A DNA stretch of 64,000 bases from Mantamonas sphyraenae STR306 (taxonomy: Eukaryota; Protista; CRuMs), in contig JAPMXV010000029.1 in NCBI GenBank assembly GCA_026936335.1, forward strand, positions 496,001 through 560,000. The letters are read 5' to 3'. The notes below the pieces were generated by a model that was not told the origin of the DNA, searched no databases, and saw nothing but the letters and a program-made list of their open reading frames with translations. Positions within the stretch are counted from its first letter, which is position 1. Every line of letters starts with the position of its first letter. This document shows positions 1 to 12,052 of the stretch, piece after piece. The translations under genes were made by a program, and so were the position numbers.

Positions 1-12
1 AATTCGAATTGT

Positions 13-1983
13 TTACGTCCAGTGCAGAGAGCCCTCCAGGACAGCCACAATGACCAGAGAGAGGGGGTAGCACAGGGAGACCGGGATGCACCACCACATG
101 TTAAAGGTGCGGCGGGACATGCCGATGGCGCCCATGATCCATGTAATGATGAGGATGCACAGGGTCTCTGCACTGAAGGTCCATGCGAGGCCACGGAAGC
201 AGATGAGGGCAAAGAAGATGGCCAGACACAGTGTGTTGTTCATGATGGCGGCGCCGTACAGTGCGCTGTAGGTCATGCCTGTGATGCGCTTCTTCTTGGC
301 CTTGGCCAGGAGGATGGAGGAGATGAGTTCGGAAGCGTTGGAGCAGAACGGAGTCACGATGAAGGAGATGTAGAACAGCGGGATCTTGACGGTGTTGCCA
401 AACTCTGTGATGACATCGACCATGGGGTCGGAGAAGACAGCAACGAGGGCTGTGCCGGCCACCAGCAGGTACGTGGACTGCATGGCAATCTGCTTGGCGT
501 TCAGTTCGGGCTCCTCGTCTTCCTGCACGTCAGCCTCGGCAGCGTTGACGTTGGTGGCGGACGCAGACTTGGCCTTGGCCTTCCAGCGGTTGCCAAACTT
601 GAGGGCGGCGCCCACGTTGGGTTCGTCGCTGGCCTTGCTGAGCAGGGGCGAGGCAGCAGTGGCACTGTCCATCATGCGGGAGGACACTCGCTTGAGCATG
701 TGCTGGATGGCCGTCTGGGCGATGGCTCGTCGCTTGGCCTCCTTCATGCGCTTCTCCTGCAGCTGCGGGTTCATCAGCTGGAAGATGCTGTAACCAACCA
801 GAGCCACGCAGCAGACAATGAAACCGGCAAGGGCATAGCCGCTCTCGGCCTTCTTGGCCGTCTCCGAGTCTGGGTTGCCCAGGTACGTAAACGCGACGCC
901 CTGCACAATGAGGTAGGACAACGACGTGGCAATCATGATCTTGGAGTTGAGGGCCGTGTCATCGTCCACAGTCACACCCGTGCGCGACCAGCTCGTGGAC
1001 GACAGCGTCTCATCCACCGTCTCGCCGTTGACAATGTCGCAGCGCGCCGCAAACAGCACCGCCACCCACGGCACCGTCAGCAGCATGACTGTGGAGCCTG
1101 CCAGCGTGCCCACGCCCACAGCAAGCTGCTCCTGCGCCTCGGCCACAGTGCCACCGGCTCCAGAAACAACAATAATCGCCGCGTCGGGAACAGCGCCCAA
1201 AACGGGCAGCAGCAAGGCGCCAATGACACCGGGATCCAGGATCTGTGAGCCACAGCGGGGTGAGGTCAGTACAATGCGCACACATGCACGGGTTGTGCGG
1301 CTTCGTTTTGTGCCCACCGTTCACGGTGCAGCATCTTGGGATCGCCGAGGGGAGTGGGGGAAGGGCCGCACGCGAAAAAGTGCCCATGAATTTGCGCGCA
1401 TGGAAAACACTCACCTCCAGCAGCAGTTCGCACCCGTCAGAGATCAACTTTGCGCCTGTGCGAGCACCACGAATGCGGATGGGTAAGGGAGCGGGCGGGC
1501 CGGAGAGATGGGGCGTGGGTGTGTTAGGTTCGCCGGCGTGTTGGGAAGGAAATGAGGCCTCGCGGTGACACGAGCCGCGTGGACGCAAAAGACGGCGGTG
1601 GCCGGTGCACAAGGCACCCCTATGCGGAGGCAGGACGAGAGGGGAAGAGTAAGCGTACCGACGGCCAGGATGACGCCGTAGATGAGCATGAGAAAGATTT
1701 GGCCAACGACGTTGTTGGAGCAAGGGAAGAGGCCAAAGGTGTCGCAGGGCGGTGTGCAGATATCCTTGCAGGCATTGCCCTGGCAGATGCCAGAGGCACA
1801 GGTGAAGGAAGCGTTGGCCACGGCAGCAGGGGCCATGCAGCTGCTGGATGAGTCACACCACACACAGTGGGAGTCCTTGAGCGAGGAGCAGTCACCGCAG
1901 CTCTTTTGCGCCGCACAATCGGCCATCGCCGTGGCTGCCAGACACGACAGCACCACAATCAACACAATGGATCGCATCATCAT
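13..1983 (-). CDS. Ca2+/cation antiporter, NCL (Na+/Ca2+ exchanger-like) type, with signal peptide and N-terminal Cys-rich PSI-like domain; exons 1983-1659, 1455-1415, 1242-13
   Basis: Spliced GT-AG product reads ...AVG/AKLISDGCELLLE/ILDPGVIGALLLPVLGAVPDA...GVGTLAGSTVMLLT and FSDPMVD...PFCSNASELISS...MNNTLCL, the alpha1/alpha2 repeats of NCL/EF-CAX exchangers. Confidence 0.88.
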
Positions 1984-2069
1984 CTTCGTAGCGAGTGGGT
2001 CCCGATTGGAAGAGTGTGGGTGTTGTTGGATGCGCGGCCGCAGGAAACACTTTCCTGCTCAGCTGCTTC

Positions 2070-4020
2070 ATGGCTGGCCAGGTGCGCCGACGCAAGGCAA
2101 AGGCAAAGCGCCACAAAGTGCCACATGACCATGGAGCTGAGCCCAGCGTGACCTCGGACACAGCCACCCGCCTCTCAGACAAATGGGAAACGGTGGAGCG
2201 TGTGGAGCCCGCGTGGGTTCGCTGGCAGGGCAAGTTGGAGGCCTTTGCCAGTGTGCTGTGGGACTTGTCCCCGTTGGCGTTGCACGTGTTTGACCTCATC
2301 AGCGACATCACCGTCACCATGTCATACTACGAGCGGCTGCCGACCATCTTTTGGGTCAGTGTGTGCATCGTGCTCATCACGCCCGTGTGTTCGTTTGTCT
2401 TTGCGCTGCAACATTGGGCGAACAATTACGATTCAAGGTACGTCACACACTACGAGGACAGCAGATGGCTCGTCATGTTCCTGTGCACGCCTATTCTGCC
2501 CATCTACGTGTTTGTGGTCAACTACTGCAAGTTGGAGTGGCCGCTACTTGACACCGCCGGCGACTCCACGCAGGTGGATGTCAGCGCCAGTGACGACCTG
2601 AAAGTCATGGATCTTGACCAAGCAAACATCAGCTTCAACGACATGGACAAGCTGGCAAAGAAGATGGTCCGGGAGGTGAGTTGTTGAAGGAGAAAAGAGA
2701 AGAATTCCCCGTGGTGTGGTGAAGGACCCACATGCTGACACGACCACGAGTGTACACGTGTGTGTGTGTGTGTGTGTGTGTGTCTGTGTGTTCAGAGTGG
2801 GATGTTGTTCGAGACGGTGGTGCAGAGCATCCCGCAGTCCATCCTCCAGTTCTACGCCATGTTGGTGCTGCGGGACTTTGACAACGTGGCCGTGCTCTCC
2901 ATCGCGCTGAGCGTGGCACAGATCTTTACAAAGGCGTCGCTGTTGTGCTCAGACAAGTATGTGTACTGGAAGACCCTGTGTACGCAGTCGGCCATTGCTA
3001 CAGACATCCTGGCGATGTTTGGGTGTGCTCTGGTGTTCTTTGCACACGGCATGTCTTCCTGGACGTTCTGGCTGACCACTGGCCTCATAGGGTTGCGTGC
3101 CGTGGCAGACACTGGAGTGGCTTTGACTTTGACCGTGCTGCATGGGATCGATCCAGGATGGACCCAAAACGACGCTGAACACGCGCTGCTCCTGTTCATG
3201 GTCACATCACTGATGTGTTTCAGTGCCAGCACCTTTGGCGGATCCGCCTTTGTCATTGTTCTACGCTACGTGCTTTGGCAGGACGGTTCGCAATTCTCGC
3301 GACGGCTGATGCCGCCCAAACTCAACGAAGCCACGCATTACGGCGTGGCCATCGTCTCCTACACACGCTACTCGCTCAGCCGGCTCGACGAAAACCGCGT
3401 CCCATTGCAGTTGGTGGGCACGGACGACTTGATGGACTCAATCGGCCTGCCAGGTGGAGCGAAGCGCCGGGTCATGACCGGCTTTTGGCTGTTGGCCTAC
3501 CCGCTCCATCTCGGGACACCTCTTGTGTCTGGCCTTGTGAGTTTGTACGCCACGGTGCTTGCACCACCCGCTGGCTTCCCAGAGCCTGCGTGGCGCACCT
3601 CGTTGGTGATTGTGGGCGCGCACCTTGTGTGCTACTTTGCAATGCTCGTCTTTCTCGTGCTCAGCTACAAGACTGCCAAGGCACGCAACCACGCACACAT
3701 ATCTCGCATGGCAACGATGTACATCCGACCAGTTCTCCGCATCTGGACTCTCATGCAGGATATGCAGAGGAAACTTGAATTTCAGTGAGAACACCGACGA
3801 GGAAGTGTCCCTGCTCAGAGCCTATATCGCCAACTGCGACCGATATCGCACAAGGTGCAGGGACGTCATCCTGTATGCGCCGGCTGCGCGGAGCAATTTC
3901 CCAAAGACGCCCGAGGAGGTTGAGGACCTGCGGAAAGCTGCTCTCGAGCGCTGCAACGAGCTCACGGGGCACCACCAAGAGGCAAAGGTCTCAAAAGCAC
4001 GGAAGCCGCGGTGGTGTTGA
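2070..4020 (+). CDS. XK-related (Xkr scramblase-like) multipass membrane protein, paralogue 1; intron 2676-2795; apparent frameshift near 3780
   Basis: FDLISDITVTMSYY and FETVVQSIPQSILQFY resemble XK-family motifs (D..SD; E..PQ..LQ.Y); many TM segments; the downstream frame (EEVSLLRAYIAN) aligns with the paralogue 2 C-terminus. Confidence 0.65.
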
Positions 4021-4570
4021 ATCACGCAGGCTCAGCACGAAGCCACATCGAGGGCAACGAAGAGCGAGGCGCACAAAGGCAAAAAATGTACAGGTGGAAC
4101 ATCCCACGGCCCTCAGCAACCCCTGTGTGTGCTCACACAAGCTCTTGTCAAATGTCTTTGTGGAACATCTCTTTGCCTGCTGTTCCGTGTCCGTTGAGGA
4201 GCTGTTTCGGCCCAGTTCTTGGAATCCGGCACTGCCATTCAAGAGATCGATCGCGCTGAAGACTGTCCCACAAGAGCGGCGATGGGTCTGTGCACGTGTC
4301 TGTCCCTTGTGTCCTCCTTGGAAGAGTCTGTGGACCGTAGGTGTGCGCCGGGCTGTGCCTGTGCCTGTGCTTCCGGAACGCACTTGCATGGGTGCCCGTT
4401 TGTGTGTGTGTGTATGTGTGTGTGTGTGCGCGCGCGCGTGTGTGTGTGTATGTGCAGTTGTGCGTATGTGCGTTTGTGTGTGTGCGTGTGTGCGTCTGGA
4501 TGGCGGCCTGTGCCTGCCGCGGGCTCCCGTCTTTGACTCAATTCCTGTCCAAAGTTCCCCATTCTTCCCG

Positions 4571-5563
4571 TCATCCTGCCTCAACAACCACTGCACAGCC
4601 AGAAACCACCTCTGAGACCACCATGGTCTCTGTCGTCTCCTGCTCTTCCTGCTCAATGCACACCTCCAGCTCAGCACACATCGCAATCCCGATCTGGGCT
4701 GCCTCGAGCCCTTCTTGACGAGCAACATCGGCCAGACGGCACAGAATCGCCGAAAAGTCGTCGTACGTTGCCCAGCTCTCCACCCGGCATGACACGAGCG
4801 GCGTTTCTGCCTCCCTGTCGATTTCCACCATCTTGTGCAATTGGTACCCGCGACGCGGAAGCACATAGTCCTGCGGACCCAGAGTTGTGGCCGGGTGAAA
4901 GTCGTTGCTTCCGTCCCCAGAGTACACAACGCGTGTGATTGTCGGGTTCGCCGCAAGATATGCCTGCAGCTCCTTGCCCTTGCACTGGTTTGCGTCGCAC
5001 CGTTCACACCCGTGCGGCACACCGGCTTCCTGGCACGAGCCGATCTCCAGCCGCCCGTCCGCATTCCACTCTGCTGGGTTCGTAATCACCGCGTCCACAT
5101 ACTCGGCGATCCCCTTGGCTTCCGTGATGCATCGGATAAACTCTGTGTTGGCGTTGCTCAGCACAACCACACGCACGTTCTCCACACTCGCCAGGTGTGC
5201 CAGTGCTCCCTTCATGCTGTCCAGGAAAGGGATTGCTCCCAGGGTTTGTTCGACCTCTTTGCGCGAGATCCCACGTGTTGCAAACTCCCCCATCAGCGAG
5301 TGCATAAACTGGGGCCATCCCATCACCTCTACATCTGCCTCCTCTCCTGCAGATGCCTCCTCCACACCTCCGGCAACTTCCTGCCCAATGCACGCGTCCG
5401 CCTTCCCAAGCTTCTTTTTGCGTCCCTCTGCCTCGGCTCGCTGTTGCCTGTACTCTGCCAGCGCGCCCTCGGCAGCTTCGGGCCACAGCTGCTCAATCAG
5501 GAATGTATCGCTGTCGTCGTCGATCACCGTATCGTCGAAATCAAAGCAAAACAAAGTGGTCAT
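4571..5563 (-). CDS. PHOSPHO1/2-like HAD phosphatase (phosphoethanolamine/phosphocholine or pyridoxal-phosphate type)
   Basis: FDFDDT motif I, LSNAN motif II, C..C..NQCKG, YSGDGSNDF motif IV. Confidence 0.9.
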   Translation of the reverse strand: MTTLFCFDFDDTVIDDDSDTFLIEQLWPEAAEGALAEYRQQRAEAEGRKKKLGKADACIGQEVAGGVEEASAGEEADVEVMGWPQFMHSLMGEFATRGISRKEVEQTLGAIPFLDSMKGALAHLASVENVRVVVLSNANTEFIRCITEAKGIAEYVDAVITNPAEWNADGRLEIGSCQEAGVPHGCERCDANQCKGKELQAYLAANPTITRVVYSGDGSNDFHPATTLGPQDYVLPRRGYQLHKMVEIDREAETPLVSCRVESWATYDDFSAILCRLADVARQEGLEAAQIGIAMCAELEVCIEQEEQETTETMVVSEVVSGCAVVVEAG

Positions 5564-5654
5564 GGTGCGTTCCCGAGAAAAAAAAACGAACGTGTTGGTT
5601 GACGTCGCGGACCCCGACCTGCTCCGTTTTCCACGTCCACAACCCACCACGGCC

Positions 5655-6951
5655 CCATTGGCGTCCCCACACACGTCTATTCCCCATTCATCATCGTTTT
5701 CATTCTTACAGAAACTCCTCCTCGTCCACGCGGAACGACACCATTCCGTCCACCCGGTGCACCCCTGTATCGAAAGACCTCAGCTTTCACCTGCTGCGAC
5801 TTTTCAATGATCTGTGCGTCGCTCTCTTCCCACTTGATCGGTACCTCCATATCCTTGTCTGCGTACACAAGCACGTCAAACGTGCACGGTTCGTCCAACA
5901 TCGGCAGAAACGTCACACTCGCAGTGATCTGCCGGATGATCGCCTGGATCTCCCCAGTCACCTCCTTTGCTGTCTTTTCACGTGTCACCTCTGCCTTGCT
6001 GTTCTCCTTTACCGCCTCCTCTGTCTCCACGTCAAACATCCACCGCTCCAGCACTTCCCCGCTCTGAGCTCCCGTCACCACAATCACCACCTTTTGCACC
6101 ATGTTCTCCATCAGCCATTCTGCACGCGTGCACACATCGTCCATCCACCCTCTCTCGTGTCAGGTTTCTTCTCCCATCACACCCCAATCACCCGTTCTGC
6201 ACCCGTGCGCGCCAAAACAACGGCCACCCACTCTTGGCCGCACTCCCGCTCCACACTCCCCCATGCACGTCTGCTTCTCGCCACCGCCATGCCTGTGCAT
6301 CAGACCAAAAGTGCATTTCATCCACCATTCATGGCGATTCAAAGTACATTAAAGTTGTTATGATTGTTTTTGGAAAAGTGGTTCATCCTCTGCACAGGCT
6401 GGCGACGTCCTGTGTGTGTGTGTGTGTGGGTGTGCCCACACCCATACACACTCCCTCATGCAAACGTGGATGGACAGTGGATGGCAACATGCACGCTGTG
6501 TGTCACTCACCGGTCATCTGCGACAGTACGTTGCGCAGGTACTCACTCAGCCCGTCGTCGTTGGTGACCATCATCTGCACGCCAAACTTTTTCATGCGCG
6601 AGAAGGACTCGGGAGGGTAGATGCCACGTTGGTAGAGAATCGAGTTGATAGAGCACTCTGTGGAGACGGGGGAAGAGGGTGTTACGGGGTGTCAGCGGGT
6701 TGGGGGCTGGGTGAGGTGCTTCGAGTGACAAGGGTGACCAACGACGCACCAAAGAACTCGGTGACAATGTCTGTGGACCCACGGAGGGTGATTGTGTTTC
6801 GCTTGGCCTGCAGCTGACTGGTCATGTCTTGTTTGTGTGTGTGTGTGTGTGTGTGGGAGGGTATGTGCAGGTTTGTTGGTGCCAACAGCGCCGCATCTGC
6901 ACCACGGTTGTGAATGTGGGGGGGAGTGTGTGTCGTCACGTAGGGTCACGC
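5655..6951. repeat. Left arm of a ~1.3-kb near-identical inverted duplication (partner 8588-9884) containing MAD2
   Basis: Reverse complement matches 8588-9884 including introns, with few substitutions and microsatellite-length differences. Confidence 0.95.
5706..6825 (-). CDS. MAD2: Spindle checkpoint HORMA protein MAD2, copy A (3 exons); 1-nt insertion near 5788 disrupts the last ~25 codons
   Basis: ITLRGSTDIVTEFF, INSILYQRGIYP, VLERWMFDV, EIQAIIRQITASVTFLP; reads GTGAAAGCTG where copy B has GTAAAGCTG. Confidence 0.9.
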
Positions 6952-8570
6952 AAAGACATGCGCCCACCCCGATCTGTGTCTTGGTTGTCGCTGTATACAA
7001 CCCTCTAGGGCGACCTGTGCGCGCCGAAGCCCAACCAAACTTCAACCCAACTCTGGCGCAGCCTCCCGTTTGCACCAGGTCGAGTCTGAACACGCAACAC
7101 ACACGACAAAGAGACGCATACGCATACGCATACTTGCAACTTGTTTGAACAAACCATGGACGCCAAAATCATTATTGTGGAGGGCAACATCGGGGCGGGC
7201 AAGAGCACGATCACGAGGCAGCTGTCCAACCTGACTGGGTTCCAGTCGTTCCTGGAGGTGAGTGGGCAGAGGGCAGGGGAAACACGCCGTTGCAGCGTGG
7301 GGAACAGGTGTGTGGGTACGGGAGGGTGGCTGACAAGACGTGTGGTGCTGTGACGGGCGGTGTGGCTGGGCGTGTGCGCTTTGCGTTTTTGGCGGGAGCA
7401 GCCGACGTACTCGAATGACTATCTGGTAAAGTACTACGAGGAACCAAAGAAGTGGGCGCTTACAATGCAGCTGTGGCTGCTGCGCCAGAGGTTCAAGACA
7501 CTCGTGCGTGCGCTGCGTCATGTGGCAGAGACGGGTGAGTGTGCGCGCGGGAAGCGAGTTCAAAGAGTGGTTTTGGCGCGAAAAAGGCGCGCAAAAGGCG
7601 GGCAAAAACTCCGCATGACGTCTGCGGCCCTAGGGGGGGGACGCAGGGCGTAGCATGGCCACGGAGAGGGTGGCAAACGGAGAGGAGAGGAATGAGGATG
7701 GGGTGGTTGTGCGTGAACTGACACAGAGAGGATGGGTCAGGGTCGGGAGTGATCCTGGACAGGTCGATCTACTCGGACGTAGTGTTTGCAGACCAGAACC
7801 TGGTGGACGGAAACATGGACGAGGCAGGATATGCATACTACCAGGCGGTGCGTCAGCGGCTGCTGGGGTGGCTGCCTGCACCAGACGTGCTGCTGTATCT
7901 GGATGCAAGCGCAGAAGTGTGCGCGGAGCGGATCATGCTGCGGGCGCGTGACTGCGAGAGCGGAGTGCCTGTGGCGTACCTGGAGGGGCTGGGAAGGTGC
8001 TACGGGGAGTTTGTGGAGCAGATGGAGGGGAATGGGAAGACGGCGGTGGTGGTGGAAGACTGGAACTCGTTTGGGGATGTGGAGAGCGTGGCAGAAAGGA
8101 TGGTGGAAGAGATGAAGAAGATGGAAGGGAAAGGAATGAGTGTTTCGGAGGCACAAGAGGTGATGGAGCGAGTGCAGGATGACAAATGGGTGCTGGAGCG
8201 GTTGCAGCTGGCGGAAGGGATGAAGGCACACGCGGAGGACGACGGGAACGGAACAGAGACGCTGGAGGTTGTGGTGGACACACTTTTGGACAACGAACAG
8301 GGAGTGGATGGAGAGGAGGTGGCAGCAGCGAGTGCGGAGCAGAAGAAGCAGGGCAAGGGAGATATGAGGAGAAGGGACAGCGGGAGTGAGGGAGACAGGG
8401 ACAGCATGCTGAACACGTCGCTGACGTCGATGAGCACTGGATCGTGGGGGGTTGATGAGGATGAGGATGCGGTGACGGATGGGAGTGAGGAGGACGAGGA
8501 AGGGGCGGTGCTGGGCAAGGACGGCACGCTACTGCACGATCTGGAGGCGGTGTGTGTGTGAGTGAGACAT
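6905..8570. repeat. Arm of a ~1.67-kb near-identical inverted duplication (partner 15005-16669) containing the dNK gene and its promoter
   Basis: Reverse complement matches 15005-16669; the ORF translations of the two copies are nearly identical. Confidence 0.95.
7156..8561 (+). CDS. Deoxynucleoside kinase (dNK family), copy A; exons 7156-7257, 7402-7534, 7741-8561; acidic C-terminal tail
   Basis: IIIVEGNIGAGKST P-loop, ILDRSIYSD.VF, PDVLLYLDAS, R.RDCESGVP..YL. Confidence 0.92.
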
Positions 8571-8587
8571 CAAAGCGAATGGATTTC

Positions 8588-9884
8588 GCGTGACCCTACG
8601 TGACGACACACAGTCCCCCCCACATTCACAACCGTGGTGCAGATGCGGCGCTGTTGGCACCAACAAACCTGCACATACCCTCCCACACACACACACACAC
8701 ACACACACAACAAGACATGACCAGTCAGCTGCAGGCCAAGCGAAACACAATCACCCTCCGTGGGTCCACAGACATTGTCACCGAGTTCTTTGGTGCGTCG
8801 TTGGTCACCCTTGTCTGTCGAAGCACCTCACCCAGCCCCCAACCCGCTGACACCCCGTAACACCCTCTTCCCCCGTCTCCACAGAGTGCTCTATCAACTC
8901 GATTCTCTACCAACGTGGCATCTACCCTCCCGAGTCCTTCTCGCGCATGAAAAAGTTTGGCGTGCAGATGATGGTCACCAACGACGACGGGCTGAGCGAG
9001 TACCTGCGCAACGTACTGTCGCAGATGACCGGTGAGTGACACACAGCGTGCATGTTGCCATCCACTGTCCATCCACGTTTGCATGAGTGAGTGTGTGTGG
9101 GTGTGGGCACACCCACACACACACACACAGGACGTCGCCAGCCTGTGCAGAGGATGAACCACTTTTCCAAAAACAATCATAACAACTTTAATGTACTTTG
9201 AATCGCCATGAATGGTGGATGAAATGCACTTTTGGTCTGATGCACAGGCATGGCGGTGGCGAGAAGCAGACGTGCATGGGGGAGTGTGGAGCGGGAGTGC
9301 GGCCAAGAGTGGGTGGCCGTTGTTTTGGCGCGCACGGGTGCAGAACGGGTGATTGGGGTGTGATGGGAGAAGAAACCTGACACGAGAGAGGGTGGATGGA
9401 CGATGTGTGCACGCGTGCAGAATGGCTGATGGAGAACATGGTGCAAAAGGTGGTGATTGTGGTGACGGGAGCTCAGAGCGGGGAAGTGCTGGAGCGGTGG
9501 ATGTTTGACGTGGAGACAGAGGAGGCGGTAAAGGAGAACAGCAAGGCAGAGGTGACACGTGAAAAGACAGCAAAGGAGGTGACTGGGGAGATCCAGGCGA
9601 TCATCCGGCAGATCACTGCGAGTGTGACGTTTCTGCCGATGTTGGACGAACCGTGCACGTTTGACGTGCTTGTGTACGCAGACAAGGATATGGAGGTACC
9701 GATCAAGTGGGAAGAGAGCGACGCACAGATCATTGAAAAGTCGCAGCAGGTAAAGCTGAGGTCTTTCGATACAGGGGTGCACCGAGTGGACGGAATGGTG
9801 TCGTTCCGCGTGGACGAGGAGGAGTTTCTGTAAGAATGAAAACGATGATGAATGGGGAATAGACGTGTGTGGGGACGCCAATGG
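8588..9884. repeat. Right arm of the MAD2 inverted duplication
   Basis: Reverse complement of 5655-6951. Confidence 0.95.
8717..9833 (+). CDS. MAD2: MAD2 copy B, intact; exons 8717-8792, 8885-9031, 9421-9833
   Basis: Full HORMA fold through WEESD...VKLRSFDTGVHRVDGMVSF. Confidence 0.95.
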
Positions 9885-9990
9885 AGCTTAGTTGGTGTGT
9901 GCATGTGCCGCCTCCTACGAGCAAACAGACCTGCTCGCAGGATTGTGGCAAAATCATCCGCTTCATCGACTTCACAAGCCCCTACCGCGT

Positions 9991-11206
9991 CTAGGCCTCC
10001 CCCTCCACGGCCTTTCGCTGCTGTGGTGCGCCTGCAAGCACCGCAGCTCGAGCGTTTGCCGCCGAGTCGACAGTCAAGTTCTGCCCCATCGCGACGGCAT
10101 CCTCAGTGGACAACGGGAGCAAGGGAAGCACATCAGGTACTGTCAGGGATATCTTATGGACAGCCTTGACATAATCGAGCAGGGCCTCGTCGGTACGCAC
10201 GGCATCTTCCGTGGCTGCAGTTTCATGTTGTCGTTGGACTGCATGCTGCACACGAGCGTAGGCACGTCGCACAGGTGGTAAATGGACCACGGCCATCATG
10301 GCGCTGTGTGCGTGGTTGCGTGTCTTTGAGGCCCTGTAGCTGTGGATCAGCAAGAAGACTGTCGCAAAGTACGTGAGAAGATGTGCTCCGACAATCATCA
10401 CAGAAGTGCGCCACGCAGGCTCCGGAAAATCTACAGGAGGGGCAAGCACAAGAGCGTAGAAGCTCACCAGTCCAGAGAGCAGAGGACCCCCCAGGTGGAT
10501 TGGCAACGCGGTCATCCACAGTCGGCTGTAGGCGGCTTGGAGGTCCGGCGCCGTCACGTCCCACGCCTTCAAGAGCTTGGGAGTTGTATACATGCTTATC
10601 GGTACCTTGTTGCGTCGATTGAGGCTGTTGCGGATGCATGCGGTGAGGCCTGCGCCGAGGTGGGCCAAGTCGTACATGTTGATTCCTGGCGGCTCCAGGT
10701 AGTCAAGCACATCCTGCCAGACGATGAAGCGCAGCACAATAGAGAACACGCTGAGGCCAAACGTTGCCGAGGTGAACAGCATCAACACGAAGAGCATGGT
10801 GAGCAGACACAAGCGCGGCAACGGCGTCCGACGAGGGAATTCCCCATTCAAACACCTGTCTCACCAATGCAATGGAACCAAGGATGGTGTTTGTGCACAA
10901 GCGCAACCCCATGAGGCCAGTGGTCAGCCAGAACGTCCAGGAAGACATGCCGTGTGCAAAGAACACCAGAGCACACCCAAACATCGCCAGGATGTCTGTA
11001 GCAATGGCCGACTGCGTACACAGGGTCTTCCAGTACACATACTTGTCTGAGCACAACAGCGACGCCTTTGTAAAGATCTGTGCCACGCTCAGCGCGATGG
11101 AGAGCACGGCCACGTTGTCAAAGTCCCGCAGCACCAACATGGCGTAGAACTGGAGGATGGACTGCGGGATGCTCTGCACCACCGTCTCGAACAACATCCC
11201 ACTCTG

Positions 11207-11240
<34 letters not shown>

Positions 11241-11922
11241 TACACTCGTGGTCGTGTCAGCATGTGGGTCCTTCACCACACCACGGGGAATTCTTCTCTT
11301 TCCTCCTTCAACAACTCACCTCCCGGACCATCTTGTCCACAGCCGCGTGCATGCGCGCCCGGTTCTGCTTTTTCTGAGCCAGGTTTGATTCCAAGCTATG
11401 GAGATGCTTGCTTCCAGCAGGAGGAGGCGGGGCTGGGTCGGAAGACGAAAGAGGCGTGTCCCAGCCAAAGTAGTTGGCAAAGAAGACGAAAAGGGGCAGC
11501 ACAGGAGAACACACAAACAAGATGAGCCTTGACTGTACAGGATATGCGCGTGCACGTGGGCTTCGAAGAACAAAGAGGACGAAAAGCACCGAACACACGG
11601 GCGTGATGAGCACAATGCACACACTGACCCAAAAGATGGTCGGCAGCCGCTCGTAGTATGACATGGTGACGGTGATGTCGCTGAAAACATCGAAAATGTA
11701 CAGGGCCAATGGGGAGAGGTCCCACAGCAAGCGCAGAAGGGCAGCAACACGTGCTCGCTGAACGTGAACCAACACCCACTGCCATGCACTCGACATTGCC
11801 ACCCCGACGTTCCTTCGCGACTGTCTGTGCAACTTGGCATCCAAGCCGTTCCCTTCGAGGTCATCGACGTGCGCTTGGTCGACCTGTTCGCCCGCAGGAC
11901 GGCGTCGGCGAAGGTCGACCAT
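9991..11922 (-). CDS. XK-related membrane protein, paralogue 2; intron ~11319-11204; apparent frameshift near 10812; start uncertain
   Basis: Shares LWDLSPLAL..FD..SDITVTMSYY, FETVVQSIPQSILQFY and FPEPAWRTS..IVGAHL with paralogue 1. Confidence 0.65.
10903..11334. repeat. ~435-bp near-identical inverted copy of 2661-3097 (includes the intron); a second ~95-bp tract at 11590-11684 matches 2299-2393
   Basis: Direct sequence comparison; flanking parts of the paralogues are strongly diverged. Confidence 0.9.
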
Positions 11923-12052
11923 TTCGTTGTTGTGGCTCCGTCGGGGTCGATGGCTTTGTTTCGACACAACCCATGGACGCCTTCATTGCCGCCTCATCTC
12001 CCTCATCTCGTCAACAGCACATGGTCTCACTCAAACATTGGTCATTTCCTCT

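Noticed and set aside
4395-4495. (GT)n/(CA)n arrays here and in many introns as CRISPR-like or functional arrays
   Set aside because: Simple microsatellites with no repeat-spacer structure; a general feature of this genome
5706-9833. Paired HORMA genes as a CBASS-like immune module
   Set aside because: Both are canonical intron-containing MAD2 duplicates; there is no CD-NTase or TRIP13 partner nearby
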